Source: Welwitschia mirabilis (Eukaryota). From it: a stretch of 37,441 bases of DNA. The stretch spans positions 36,396,798 through 36,434,238 of the forward strand of contig JBOZIK010000001.1 in NCBI GenBank assembly GCA_051453625.1, written 5' to 3'. Of the stretch, positions 11,766 to 24,561 are shown piece after piece. Position numbers and translations under genes: made by a program. Below the pieces are notes generated by a model that had not been told where the DNA came from, did no database searches, and saw only the letters and a program-made list of their open reading frames with translations. Position 1 is the stretch's first letter; every line of letters starts with the position of its first letter.

Positions 11766-14323
11766 ATGCATATAAAAAGTTTTAATTACTTTGGAAATGA
11801 GTATTTAACATTCGGATAATTTATTATATATTTAGCGACCACAAGGTTATGTCAAAAAGTTGCATGTTGTTTCCTTAAAATCTATGTACACTTGTCCTGG
11901 ATAAAACTTTGAAGAGAAGTTTAATAATAATTTTTAAAAATATTCAAAACACTTGGTCAGTATAAAATTAAAAAGCTTTTGACCATGAAGATAGCACAAT
12001 GAAAAAAATTTCTTCAACCATGCAACACGTCATCATAACCAAAGATAGACTCTTTAAAAATAATAAAAGAGCTTTAAACATCCTTTGTTGCATGATCTTT
12101 GAGTGGTATAAAATCACTCTCATAGTCTTTGCTTTATTCACTTAGTTATACGTTGTGTAGGGGCTGGCATGCAAGTCTAAACAAAAAGGATATGCTATGG
12201 AATAACTAGATTCCATGAAACCACCCATGAAACTAAGCATGGGTCATTTAACTAATGCTCCAATAACTGGAGCAAATAATTAATCTCTAGCTATATTTTG
12301 ATTTCCCTAAGTTGATATCTAAAGTAATCTATTATTTAAAAAATATGACTATATCAATGTTTCTAGACTACATCAAGGATGCAAGGTTTCAAACACTTCC
12401 AAATGTGCCTTAGAAGATCTAGTAAATCTTGAAGAATACTATGCTTCAAGTTTGGATGAAATCATTGAAAGGGTATAAGGACCTACATCCAGGCATTTTA
12501 AGCCATAAAATAATCAATGAAGCAATGTTGAAAACAAGCTTCATTATTGCAAANNNNNNNNNNNNNNNNNNNNNNNNNNNNNNNNNNNNNNNNNNNNNNN
12601 NNNNNNNNNNNNNNNNNNNNNNNNNNNNNNNNNNNNNNNNNNNNNNNNNNNNNNNNNNNNNNNNNNNNNNNNNNNNNNNNNNNNNNNNNNNNNNNNNNNN
12701 NNNNNNNNNNNNNNNNNNNNNNNNNNNNNNNNNNNNNNNNNNNNNNNNNNNNNNNNNNNNNNNNNNNNNNNNNNNNNNNNNNNNNNNNNNNNNNNNNNNN
12801 NNNNNNNNNNNNNNNNNNNNNNNNNNNNNNNNNNNNNNNNNNNNNNNNNNNNNNNNNNNNNNNNNNNNNNNNNNNNNNNNNNNNNNNNNNNNNNNNNNNN
12901 NNNNNNNNNNNNNNNNNNNNNNNNNNNNNNNNNNNNNNNNNNNNNNNNNNNNNNNNNNNNNNNNNNNNNNNNNNNNNNNNNNNNNNNNNNNNNNNNNNNN
13001 NNNNNNNNNNNNNNNNNNNNNNNNNNNNNNNNNNNNNNNNNNNNNNNNNNNNNNNNNNNNNNNNNNNNNNNNNNNNNNNNNNNNNNNNNNNNNNNNNNNN
13101 NNNNNNNNNNNNNNNNNNNNNNNNNNNNNNNNNNNNNNNNNNNNNNNNNNNNNNNNNNNNNNNNNNNNNNNNNNNNNNNNNNNNNNNNNNNNNNNNNNNN
13201 NNNNNNNNNNNNNNNNNNNNNNNNNNNNNNNNNNNNNNNNNNNNNNNNNNNNNNNNNNNNNNNNNNNNNNNNNNNNNNNNNNNNNNNNNNNNNNTATGTC
13301 ATACTTTATCATAGTAATTCTTAATGGATATGTCTTTGAAAAGCATATGATTTTTTTTAATACTTTGTAAGGATTAAAAAGAAAATCTATCTATCTCCTA
13401 TATTAAGTTTGGAGTGAAACATGATTTGCTTGAACATGAACTACATTAGAAGTCTAAGAAATAAAGTTTGTATTAGAGAAAAAAAAAAATTCTAGCATTT
13501 GAGCCACCATAGAGTTGTTGAAAGGTGTCCCATGAAATCCATTGATAATTCAAGTGAAAACATGAAACAAAGGTTACACCCTTATTAAACTAATAAGCGA
13601 CCAACTAAAGTTCCAAAGAAGTAATTAAAGGGTTATGTAATTATAACTATCATAGAACTACATCTTACATTATAGAAGAAGAGATTTAAAAAACTGTTTC
13701 AAACAATCTTCAAATGGTTTATTTTCCATCCAATTCAAACTTTTTAAAGGATAGCGGATCCTTGAATCTTGACATCCATTAAAGGCATAAACTAGTTAAT
13801 AGGACGAATACCTTTCTAGCTTGGTTTATTCTTTAGATAAGCACTTCTTAATTATTCAAGACATAGGTCATACCATCATCCTATAGAGTTAAAAAATATC
13901 TAACAAATTACCACATAAAGAGATACGTTGTAGAAATTAATTGTAAAAGGGAAAACCCTAACCTCCTTTTTCGATAAGTAAGAAACAAATCCTCTAAGCA
14001 ACTTCATGAATTTTTTCTTATCATTACTACTTGATCACATGAAACCATAAAGTAACTTTGCATTTTACCTATTACTTAAAGCAGTAGGAACCTAATAGTG
14101 GGAATAATGAATATGACTAGTGGACAAAATACTTATACACATTGTGAGCTTTTCAACTTTAGCTAATCTCTTAATAGTAAAGTTCCATTATATCCTAGAA
14201 GTCCCTTAAGGAAAGTCCAACAATTTGGATTACCTTATCATGTTGAATAATTTTCCTCAATTTCAAGAGAAGCCATGTATAGTTTTTGAAAAGAGTAAAC
14301 ACTAAAAATTTTTTCCAATTGGT

Positions 14324-14330
14324 CTCCTTA

Positions 14331-14392
<62 letters not shown>

Positions 14393-14588
14393 CCTCCTTT
14401 TTCTTTTTTTTTCCTTTTTTAAATTTTGAGGGTAATGGTTGGTAGGTAGTCATGTGCCACATAAATGACCTATGGCACTTAGGCCCATATAATTTTTTCA
14501 AACTATATGCCCCCACCAACATGGAGGTTTGAACATGGGACCCTAGGTTTGTATGTCCAAGACTTAACCATTGGGGAAATCGATCTTG
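14324..14588 (-). mobile_element. tRNA-derived SINE inserted in the LINE ORF2
   Basis: On the minus strand: A-box-like TTCCCCAATGG (14578-14568), B-box GTTCAAACC (14534-14526) 33 nt later, a body of about 110 nt, then an A-rich tail running into (GA)n. Flanked by a degenerate direct repeat AATTTTTTCCAATTGGT (14307-14323) / AAAATTTCCCTATTGGT (14589-14605), 13/17 matches. Confidence 0.75.
14331..14390. repeat. (TC)n microsatellite
   Basis: About 30 TC units with one interruption, contiguous with the SINE's T-rich (minus-strand A-rich) tail. Confidence 0.97.
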
Positions 14589-17395
14589 AAAATTTCCCTA
14601 TTGGTTTTAACTAGGAAGAGAATAACTACTATCAATCTTACATGAGAATTATTTATAGAAATGAAGGAATCGTTTACTAAGTTTGTTTAAACTTTTACTA
14701 ATACAAATACCATGAATACGATTATCTCATTTGTCCTTGAAAATAACATGGCATAAAACATCTACTATGATAATAAAAAATAGGAATCTAAAGCGAATCC
14801 TTACCTTATAGGTATTTTAATAATAAAGGTGGAACTAACAGTCCTGCAATGGAAAAACAAGCATTTGAATTCTTAGACAAATATTTAGCATGTAAATGAA
14901 AACCTTACCAAAACTAGTTTTTCCATGCAAGCTAAGATAAAGTTCCATTTAATTTTGTCATGAGCGTTTTCATAATCAAGCTTAAGGGAGGCATTATCTT
15001 GATTATTATTCTTTTTTCATACAATAATTACTTACTATATACAACATTACTAAGAATAAATCTACTTTTAATAAAATCACTCTACTAAATAGAAATAATA
15101 TTAGGTAGGATAGTTTTTAATCTATTAACTAAACATTTAGCTAAAGTTTTAAAGGGGACACTAAGCAGAGAAATTGGTCTCTAATTAGAAATGAAATATA
15201 AATCACTTGATTTTACTTAAAAAAAATAATGCATTCATTAGGCTTTAGACGTAAGTTACCTTCATGTCAGGTTTCTTGAACTACCCTAAAGTAGCATTTC
15301 CTAATGATATTCTAATGTAAATTTTTATATAATAACCATTCCTTCCTAGAGCCTAATCATTAGCTGCATCAAATTAAGCTCCTTTTCACTCAGCCCCTAT
15401 GATATCATTCTTTAAAATTTAATGATGAACTTTTAAAGCTTACTTGAAAATGAAACTAGCATTTAATTAAAGAGATGCAAACAAAAACCGTCTAATTTAA
15501 AGACCTTAGTAGAACACATAACTAAATAACTATGAATGACTTGAGGATCAAAGTGTAAACTACAATAAAATTCAAGTTTTCCTAATTGGGCAAAGTAAAG
15601 CCCCTCTCAAAGAACTTAAAAAAATACTTATAATTAGCATTGTAAATGTTAAGACATATCTACAATTAGCATCTTAAATGTTGAGTGAAGTAATTCTATT
15701 CTTAATAGAAATACGTCTAGCAAAGTATATTTCTTAAGATTTTTAACAATTCTTGATTTTTAAATACTAATAATGGAGATGAGGATTAAAAGAATCTTAG
15801 TGTATAGTAACAGAAACTAATAACATATGTTGTTGAGTATTTTAATATGCTTCTCTTTCTTTAGCATCCATTTTTTTATTAATATATCTAGAATGATTCC
15901 AGATATTAAATTTATTTAATATTACCAGTTGGACAAAACTTTGCATTTCATCAAGTATGGGACATAGTTTTGCTTGATTCAAAGCTATAGCATTTCCATG
16001 CAATCTAAAGAAAGAAGAATGATTTTGCTTAGCCGAATGCCTAAAGTTAATATGCAAACAAATGGTATAATGATGTGATAGTAAGTAATCATTAAAGACC
16101 AACAAAATTATATTCATCAAGCCATTGAAGAATAGAATCATGTCTCAATGAATAGTCTAACCAGGCATAAAAAGGTTCTTAAAGATAAGAATAACATTAA
16201 CTTGTTTTTTTTAAAGGAATACATTTGAAAAAATGAACCTCCAATCTCATTTTAAAAGTTTCCCATCATATTAAAATTTCCATTAAGAATCTAAGAAACA
16301 TTTTTAAGAGAGTAAGTTAACTCAAACTATAAGGTGGCTTTTTTAAAAGCTTTATTTCGCAAAAGTGAAGCAAATTCCAAAAAAATCATTAAGGGAATAA
16401 ATAAGTATTTAGTACATCTATTATAAAAATAAAAACCACTTTGGACTACTTTAGAGTATCAACATCAATAAAAAATGATAGAAGAACTACCTCTACTAGT
16501 ACAACAAAATTTACTTTCATAATATAAGATAGATAACATGCTAGGTAAGAGCCAAATCTATGAATTTTTACTTAGGAAATAAACACTTTATTCACTAAGT
16601 AAGACTAGTAACCCTAAGAGGTAGGGTTTAGTTTCCCATGTATTAACTTTATTTAATTAAGAAAATTTTAGGGGATTTTATTTTTTTAATATTATAAAAT
16701 CATGATATTGGAAATGTTATTGAATAAAATCTTTCACTTGTCTTTTCTAAAGGCTACATATGAGCCCTTGAACATTCCAAAAATATAATTTCATGGATAC
16801 ATGGGAATGAGGCCTTTATCCTATTAGACAAATTAATCAATACGTTGCAGTTGAGGTTCATGTGATTCTTGTATTTTTCCCTTAAATTCTAAAGCTAAAA
16901 GGTTTGGATGTTATTATTCAAGGTGTCTATAACAAAAGATCTACTTTCAATTAAAAAAATTTTGTTTTCTTACAAGGCCCATTAGGATTGAGTTGTTTAT
17001 GTGATTCTTATAAACTTTATTTTTATATTATTTTTTAGAGCATTATTTCAAACAAAAGTTTTTGTATTTTGTGGAATTGGAAACTTCTTAAATAAAGAAG
17101 CATAACTTATTTTTCTTTACTAGATGAATATGGTTGGATATTTTAAGTTTTGGTGTTATATGTTTTTTGCTACTAGACGAAGTATCTTGATGAAAAATGA
17201 ACCTTGAGATAAAAGGAGTTTGATCTTTATTTTTATGAATTTCATTAATAGACTTCTTTTCATTGCAAAAGGTACAATGGCTAAATAAATTACTATCTTT
17301 ATGATAATGTTTACAAGAACTCAGAAGATTAAAGTAAACATGTTACTAAGCAATAACAGAACTAATTTTAAAATACAAAATTTCTTTTTGTTAGT

Positions 17396-19143
17396 TGTTC
17401 ATTTGTGAAATGGGCTTCAATCAAACTGGGTAAGGACATAGTGTCATTCTTTCCCCAGGGACAATGGAGATAGCTTATAGTGGTAAAACATGCAAACTTT
17501 TCCAACTTGCAAAGATTAAAGAAGAATTTAAAGTAATAATATCAAAAGAAGACATCGATGGGCGAGAGTTGGAAATAGACGTAGCACTTAAGAACTAACT
17601 TAAATGTTTGAACAAATAAGAGAAATTCATTTAGAGATATAATGTGAGTTCCTCCTTAGGTTCTTCATAAGACAAGTTTGTTATGGCTCGAATCATGATG
17701 ACATTATCTCATTTACCACATGAGTGTTGCTGAGAACCTTCTATNNNNNNNNNNGCTTATTCATAAGCATGATAAGTAGTAAATGACTTCCAAGAACCAT
17801 CAAATGAAATCAAACCATGCAATGAAAATTTAAATAGGAAGAATTCACTTACATACATGAAATAACTTAGCAATAATGTAGCTTTGTATTAAAAATTAAA
17901 TGTATGAAATGAATCACAAACAAAATCAAGAAATGTAAACTACAAAGTTATTATAAAAACAAAGGTGCATCATGTCAATGAAATATAACTCAAACTTGAT
18001 AAAGAAGCATTAAGATATCCTCAAGGCNNNNNNNNNNNNNNNNNNNNNNNNNNNNNNNNNNNNNNNNNNNNNNNNNNNNNNNNNNNNNNNNNNNNNNNNN
18101 NNNNNNNNNNNNNNNNNNNNNNNNNNNNNNNNNNNNNNNNNNNNNNNNNNNNNNNNNNNNNNNNNNNNNNNNNNNNNNNNNNNNNNNNNNNNNNNNNNNN
18201 NNNNNNNNNNNNNNNNNNNNNNNNNNNNNNNNNNNNNNNNNNNNNNNNNNNNNNNNNNNNNNNNNNNNNNNNNNNNNNNNNNNNNNNNNNNNNNNNNNNN
18301 NNNNNNNNNNNNNNNNNNNNNNNNNNNNNNNNNNNNNNNNNNNNNNNNNNNNNNNNNNNNNNNNNNNNNNNNNNNNNNNNNNNNNNNNNNNNNNNNNNNN
18401 NNNNNNNNNNNNNNNNNNNNNNNGAAGCATGAAGAACTCCTCAGCAATCCTCAGAGACTAGCTCACTCCTGTAAAGATTTACCTAGAAATCCATCAGAAG
18501 TCAATATTCCAAAGTCTCCAATTTCTTCAAGGTAAAGATAAATATAATGAAGGATTCAAGATCCTTTTATAGGAAGAGATGGAAGTAAGGGGTTGTTACA
18601 TTCTTGGCTTATAGTGTTAGATAGAATCTTCATCATTTAGCACTAGGTGGATAATATTTTATCTTGTAGCATTATATGAAGTGCTTAAGATTCCTTGTCC
18701 TCTACGTTAGGTGGAATCTTTGTCATGTAGTAGTAGATGAAATCTTTGTCATGTAAAGTTAGATGGAATCTTCATCATGTAGTGTCTGGTGAAGGTTGTT
18801 ATGATAAGTCCAACACATGGCCTTTGAAGCTAGATTTTTCCACTAACCACTGTTATTGTCACATATCTCTAATGCCACCTCCATATGCCACTGTCACGTG
18901 TCTTCCAATGCTATTGCCTCATGTCTTCATTGTCATTGTTATTTTGTGTGAAATTTATTCATCTTCCACCATGTGTTTTAAAACATGGGTAAAGATCTGC
19001 AATTATTATGAAGAAAAGCATAAAATTAAGTTTTCCTTTAAAAATAATAGAAGACATATTCTATGATTAAAAAATAAATTAATGTCTTAATTTGTAATAA
19101 ACCTAAAATATTTGATATAAATGTCATTATTTACATGTTAACA
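17396..19143 (-). repeat. 3' LTR of Athila-like element (contains N-gaps)
   Basis: Colinear homology with 22936-24561 and TG...CA termini. Preceded on the minus strand by G-rich AGTTGGTGGATG (19155-19144), a weak decayed PPT candidate. Confidence 0.85.
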
Positions 19144-22100
19144 CATCCACCAACTAGACTTTTGTTAGTTCCTTAGCAAAAAAAACATGATAGAGAATGA
19201 CTAACATGAAAAAATATCTAAGGAAAAACATTCAAGTATGTAAGGATGATGAAAACCTTTGAACACTTTTGGCCAATTTTTGGAAAACGGGGCATTAAAA
19301 TTGAAAATATTTCTTGAAAAATGCGAATGCCATACCCTTCCAACCAAAATTAAACCTTATCCTTAAAGTTTAGAATGACAGAAAAAATTAAAGCAAAGTT
19401 GAGAACAAGATAATACATTTTTAGAGGAAAGAAGCTTTACACATGTCATTTTACTGAACTTAGAAAANNNNNNNNNNNNNNNNNNNNNNNNNNNNNNNNN
19501 NNNNNNNNNNNNNNNNNNNNNNNNNNNNNNNNNNNNNNNNNNNNNNNNNNNNNNNNNNNNNNNNNNNNNNNNNNNNNNNNNNNNNNNNNNNNNNNNNNNN
19601 NNNNNNNNNNNNNNNNNNNNNNNNNNNNNNNNNNNNNNNNNNNNNNNNNNNNNNNNNNNAAATCCTAGAGTTAGTAGTAAAATCTCAAGTATAATGGTTA
19701 AATAAAGTATATCATAAGAAGATCTCCAATGTCCAACTTTTTTCCCCTCAATTTTTACTTTTCCACAATTATGCATACCTTTGTTTCAAGCATTTTGATC
19801 TTACTGAGCATTTAGTGTTATGGCACTTCTTTCAATAGAGTTAAGCATGTTGTTCTTAAAGAATTTAGTGTTGCATTACTAGTGAGCATCTATAGCCTTA
19901 ATGCAGTTGAATGTGCCACAAAATAAATCATTAGAATTGTATTTCTAGTGAGCATCCATAGCCCTGATGCAGTTAACTATACTTAATAAAATGATTAACA
20001 ATAAAATTCTACTTTTTAAAAAGCGACTCTTTTTCTTTTAATTCTGCCTCTCATATACATTTTTTATGCACATAGGAGGGGTCGTAGGATCATTAGCCTA
20101 ACTAAGATATATCTTATCCTCATAAATGCTTGAAAGAAAAAAATACAACATGAAAGTAGGTTCCACCTTTTCATCNNNNNNNNNNNNNNNNNNNNNNNNN
20201 NNNNNNNNNNNNNNNNNNNNNNNNNNNNNNNNNNNNNNNNNNNNNNNNNNNNNNNNNNNNNNNNNNNNNNNNNNNTACCTTTCCACAATGATGCATACCT
20301 TTGTTTCAAGCGTTTTGATCTTACTGAGCATTCAGTGTTATGGCATTTCTTTCGATAGAGTTAAGCATGTTGTTCTTAAAGAATTCAGTGTTGCATTACT
20401 AGTGAGCATCTATAGCCTTAATGTAGTTGAATGTGCCACAAAATAAATCATTAGAACTACATTTCTAGTGAGAATCCATAGCCCTGATGCAGTTAACTAA
20501 ACCTAATAAAATGGTTGATGATAAAATTCTACTTTTTAAAGAGAGACTCTTTTTCTTTTAATTTTGCCTCTCATATATATTTTTTATGTCTCATATATAT
20601 TTTTTATGTACATAGGAGCGGTCATAGGCTCATTAGCCTAACTAAGATATATCTTATCCTCGTAAATGATTGAAAGCAAAAAATACAACATGAAAGTAGG
20701 TTTCACCTTTTCATCCCTTTACTTTTCCAACATTGAAGATCTCAAGTGAAAGCTATTTTTAACAACATATTTCAAATTAAGCATAACTTTATTTCAAAAA
20801 GTACAAATATACTTAATCTTAACTAGAACTTCCAATGACACAAAAGTCACTTATTTTGGATTAATTATTAAAGGCCATCAACCTAAGTTATTAAGTCTTA
20901 GAAACCCATAAGTATATGAAAGGAAGGATAGTCACTTAGTCTTATNNNNNNNNNNNNNNNNNNNNNNNNNNNNNNNNNNNNNNNNNNNNNNNNNNNNNNN
21001 NNNNNNNNNNNNNNNNNNNNNNNNNNNNNNNNNNNNNNNNNNNNNTTTCATCCCTTTACTTTTCCAACATTAAAGATCTCAAGTGAAAGCTAATTTTAAC
21101 AACATATTTCAAATTAAGCATAACTTTCTTTTAAAAAGTACAAATATAATTACTCTTAACTAGAACTTCCAATGAAAATTCACTTATTTTGGATTAATTA
21201 TTAAAGGCCATCAACCTAGGTTATTAAGCCTTAGAAACCATAAGTATATAGAAAGGAAGGATAGTTAATTAGTCTTATGAAATAAAGTCAATGTGAAAAG
21301 GCTGAGTGGTGAGGTTTAAGAAAATGATGGATTATTCTATGAAATGGGTAAAATTTTGTATTTTCTAATTGGAATGGCTTAAGNNNNNNNNNNNNNNNNN
21401 NNNNNNNNNNNNNNNNNNNNNNNNNNNNNNNNNNNNNNNNNNNNNNNNNNNNNNNNNNNNNNNNNNNNNNNNNNNNNNNNNNNCAATGTGGAAAGGCTGA
21501 ATGGTGAGGTTTAAGGCAATGATGGATTATTCTATGAAATGGGTAAAATTTTGGATTTTATAATTGGAATGGCTTAAGGAAATGTTTATACAAATGGTAG
21601 TGCTTGGTTGGTCTCATAATAGAGACATCGTCAGGAGACATTGGTTTTATTATGCAAGGACCTATGCACCAATGTTTTCATCATCATGACTGTCATCACT
21701 TCTTTCAAGATTCCTAGGATTATGTTAAAATAATGTAGAAAGATCCTCCTCTTTTTGTGAACTACATTTACTAAAGTTTTAAGTAGTGAATTGATTTAGC
21801 TATTGTATATTTTTCTTAAGCCTTTGTTTCATTTACATTTAGAAGTCCATGAATTTTGTAAGGGTGTCTTCTAGGGAATTTGAAGAGGATTGTTGAGGGT
21901 AGGAAGGTGAAGGGTATTGATCAAACAATGAAGAATATGAACCATGAAGAATGGTGGAAATCATAGGATCAAACTACTAATATAGAAAATAAGTGTTTTT
22001 AAACTCATGATAAGGAGGTTGATCAGTGCATGGAGGAGGATTTAAGTGTTGAAGATAATCTCTTAAGGTTTTCTTAGGTTCTCTTATAATCTGTTTAAAT

Positions 22101-22911
22101 TAAACATAGTTAGGAAAGTTGTAGGAATTCTCACAATTCCAATAAAGAAGAGTATTTTCAACATCAGATTCTATTTGAGGTGCTTCATACAATCTCCCAA
22201 AAGGATCACAACTCTAACCCATTATTCTATGAAGTTTTTAAGAGGACATAATAGTAAAAATATTTAGAGGATTTATCAAAGAATTTAGGTGAAATTATAG
22301 AGGATAATTTAGTTCAACTTACAAGTAACAAATGATAAATCACAGTAGCTAAAATGGTAGAGAAGAATCACCTACAAAAATCCTATGAAAAATGAAAGCT
22401 TGGAATGCTAGAAAAATTAAACAAAAAAAATTAAATCTAAACACACAGACTAAAGGATCAAAGTTTATAGAAACATAAAATTTACAAAAAAAAGGGGGGG
22501 AAAGAGGGAAGAAAGGCTTTTTTCTTATTTTCATTGTCTTGGTTTTTGTGTCTTTTTATTGCATCATAGTTCATTTGATAGAAATTGATAGCAAACCTGT
22601 AAAAACAATTTTAGCCCTATAACCAAAAAATTTGTTATAATAATAATGTTTAAGTTAAGGTTAGAAAGTTTAATGAAAACTATAAAGATCTTGACTAGTT
22701 TAGGTTTCATTGAAAAAGGACTAGTACCCACCATTGGAAAGTATAGAAAGTAAAAGAAATGTAAAAATCTTAAAAAAAAAAAGACTAATCTGAATATCAT
22801 TGAAATGAATCAATACCAACCACTACAAAAAGAATATTTATATATAGAACTACAATGCAAGGAAAGAAGAAGGAAAACTGTGCATGTCCATGTAAATCTA
22901 CCATGCCATCA

Positions 22912-22929
22912 TCCCTAGCAATGACACCA
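22912..22929 (-). promoter_or_regulatory. Primer-binding site, tRNA-Asp type (Athila-like), decayed
   Basis: Minus-strand TGGTGTCATTGCTAGGGA lies 6 nt from the LTR and matches TGGCGCCGTTGCCGGGGA at 13/18. All five differences are C>T or G>A. Confidence 0.8.
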
Positions 22930-22935
22930 AAAATA

Positions 22936-24561
22936 TGTTCATTTGTGAAATAGGCAATAATAAAAATAGGCGAGGACATGATATCATTGTTTCCTCAAGG
23001 ACAATAGAGATAGCCTACGACAGTAAATATAAAAACTTATCTAAATTGTAAAGATGAGAGCACAATTCAAAGTAAAAATGTTGAAAGATGAAATCAATGA
23101 GTAAGAATTGGAAACATACATAACACTTAAGAACTAACCTAAATGTTTTAATAAATAAGAAAAGAATCATTTAGATGTATAATTTAAGTCCCTCCTTAGG
23201 TTCTTCATAAGCCACGTTCATTGCGGCATGAATTGTGATGACATTATCTGATTTACCACATGATCTATCAATCCATTTGCCACAACTTATTCATAAGCAT
23301 GATAAGTAGGCGATGACTCCTAAGAATCATCAGTAAAATTAAACCATGTGATGAAAATGTAAAGAAGAAGAAGAATTTACTATGAAACATAAAATAACTT
23401 AGTAATAGTATAACTTCATATTAACATTGAATGTATGAAATGAATCACACACAAAATCAAGAAATGTAAACTACTATTTTATTATAAAAATGGAATTGTA
23501 GTATTTTAATGAAAAATAACTTAAACTTGATCAAGAAACATTAATCTAGTCTCAAGGCTAGCCCATTCCCAAAGGAGGGAAACTAGAAAGACATGTTAAA
23601 AATANNNNNNNNNNNNNNNNNNNNNNNNNNNNNNNNNNNNNNNNNNNNNNNNNNNNNNNNNNNNNNNNNNNNNNNNNNNNNNNNNNNNNNNNNNNNNNNN
23701 NNNNATTAACATTAAATGTATGAAATGAACCACACACAAAATCAAGAAATGTAAACTACTATTTTATTATAAAAATGGAATTGTAGTATTTTAATGAAAA
23801 ATAACCTTAACTTGATAAAGAAACATTAATCTAGTCTCAAGGCTAGCCCATTCCCAAAGGAGGGCAACTAGAAAGACATGTCAAAAATATTCTTCCTCCA
23901 AGATTAAATGTTGTTCTTCACCCAAGGATTAGATGATTACAATGGAGAGGCTTGGCTTTTTTTATAAAGGGATTTAGGATTAGGGTAGTTAGAGTCCTTT
24001 GACTTGTAGTAGTAGGTGAGGTGAATGAGATTTTGTTCTATAGTATTATGTGGGGTGGTTAAGATTTCTTGTCTTGTAGCATTAGGTGAAATCTTTACCA
24101 TGTAGTGTTAGGTGAAATCCTTGTCATATAGTATGAGGTAGAATCTTCATCATGTAGTATTAGATGGAATCTCCTATAGTGTTTGGTGAAGGTTGTTATA
24201 ATGAGTCCAACACATGGCCTTTGAAGCCAGATTCTTTCACAATTTAATGCTATCGCCATATGTCTCTAGTGCCACCTCCACATGCCATTGAAACATATCT
24301 TCTAATGCAATTACCACATGTCTCCACCTCATGTCTCCATTACCACCCTTGTTTTTGTGCAGAATTGTATACATCTTCTTTCATGTCTTCCAAAACATGG
24401 CTAAAGATATGCAATTATTATGGAGAAAAGCATATGATTAAGTTTTGTTTTAAAATTAATAGAAGACATATGTTAATATTAAAATAATTAAATTAATGTC
24501 TTCATTTATAATAAATCACCCTAAAATACTTGATATAAATGTCATTTTTTACATGTTAACA
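22936..24561 (-). repeat. 5' LTR of Athila-like element
   Basis: Adjacent to the PBS and homologous to 17396-19143. Contains a 26-bp tandem repeat at 24083-24183, with its counterpart at 18708-18785. Confidence 0.87.

Larger units (their letters stand above)
11950..17250 (-). mobile_element. Decayed L1-clade LINE (ORF2 nearly complete, probable ORF1 tail); boundaries approximate
   Basis: Minus-strand translation gives endonuclease N-terminus MKLYFWNVQGL..KRQVKDFI (ATG at 16794), endonuclease C-terminus LSHHYTICLHI (SDH.PI relic, ORF 15842-16141), RT RPISLLSVPFKTLAKCLVNRLKTILPNII (from 15180), LKLDYENAHDKIKWNFIL (~14985-14935), YFF.IIVDVLC (~14790), LVNDSF (FADDT relic, ~14670), EKGG-type motif (~13965), and a C-terminal zinc-finger relic CNNEACFQHCF...A..W (~12550-12490). 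Confidence 0.88.
17396..24561 (-). mobile_element. Structurally complete Athila-like Ty3/Gypsy LTR element, apparently non-autonomous
   Basis: Two long direct repeats start TGTTCATTTGTGAAAT (17396, 22936) and end TACATGTTAACA (19143, 24561). Perfect 5-bp TSD TTAGT (17391-17395 and 24562-24566). Asp-type PBS on the minus strand. A gag-tail-like relic QQSSSNSLEDTLTKFM lies at about 21895-21848 (-). No RT, RNase H or integrase motifs were seen in the called bases. Confidence 0.88.

Noticed and set aside
12000..14300. Initial impression of plus-strand caulimovirus movement protein or protease fragments
   Set aside because: The minus strand gives a coherent, ordered LINE ORF2 C-terminal region, which explains the sequence better.
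14328..14522. ORF ending in KKKK-EREREREK
   Set aside because: It is a translation of the SINE A-tail and (GA)n microsatellite.
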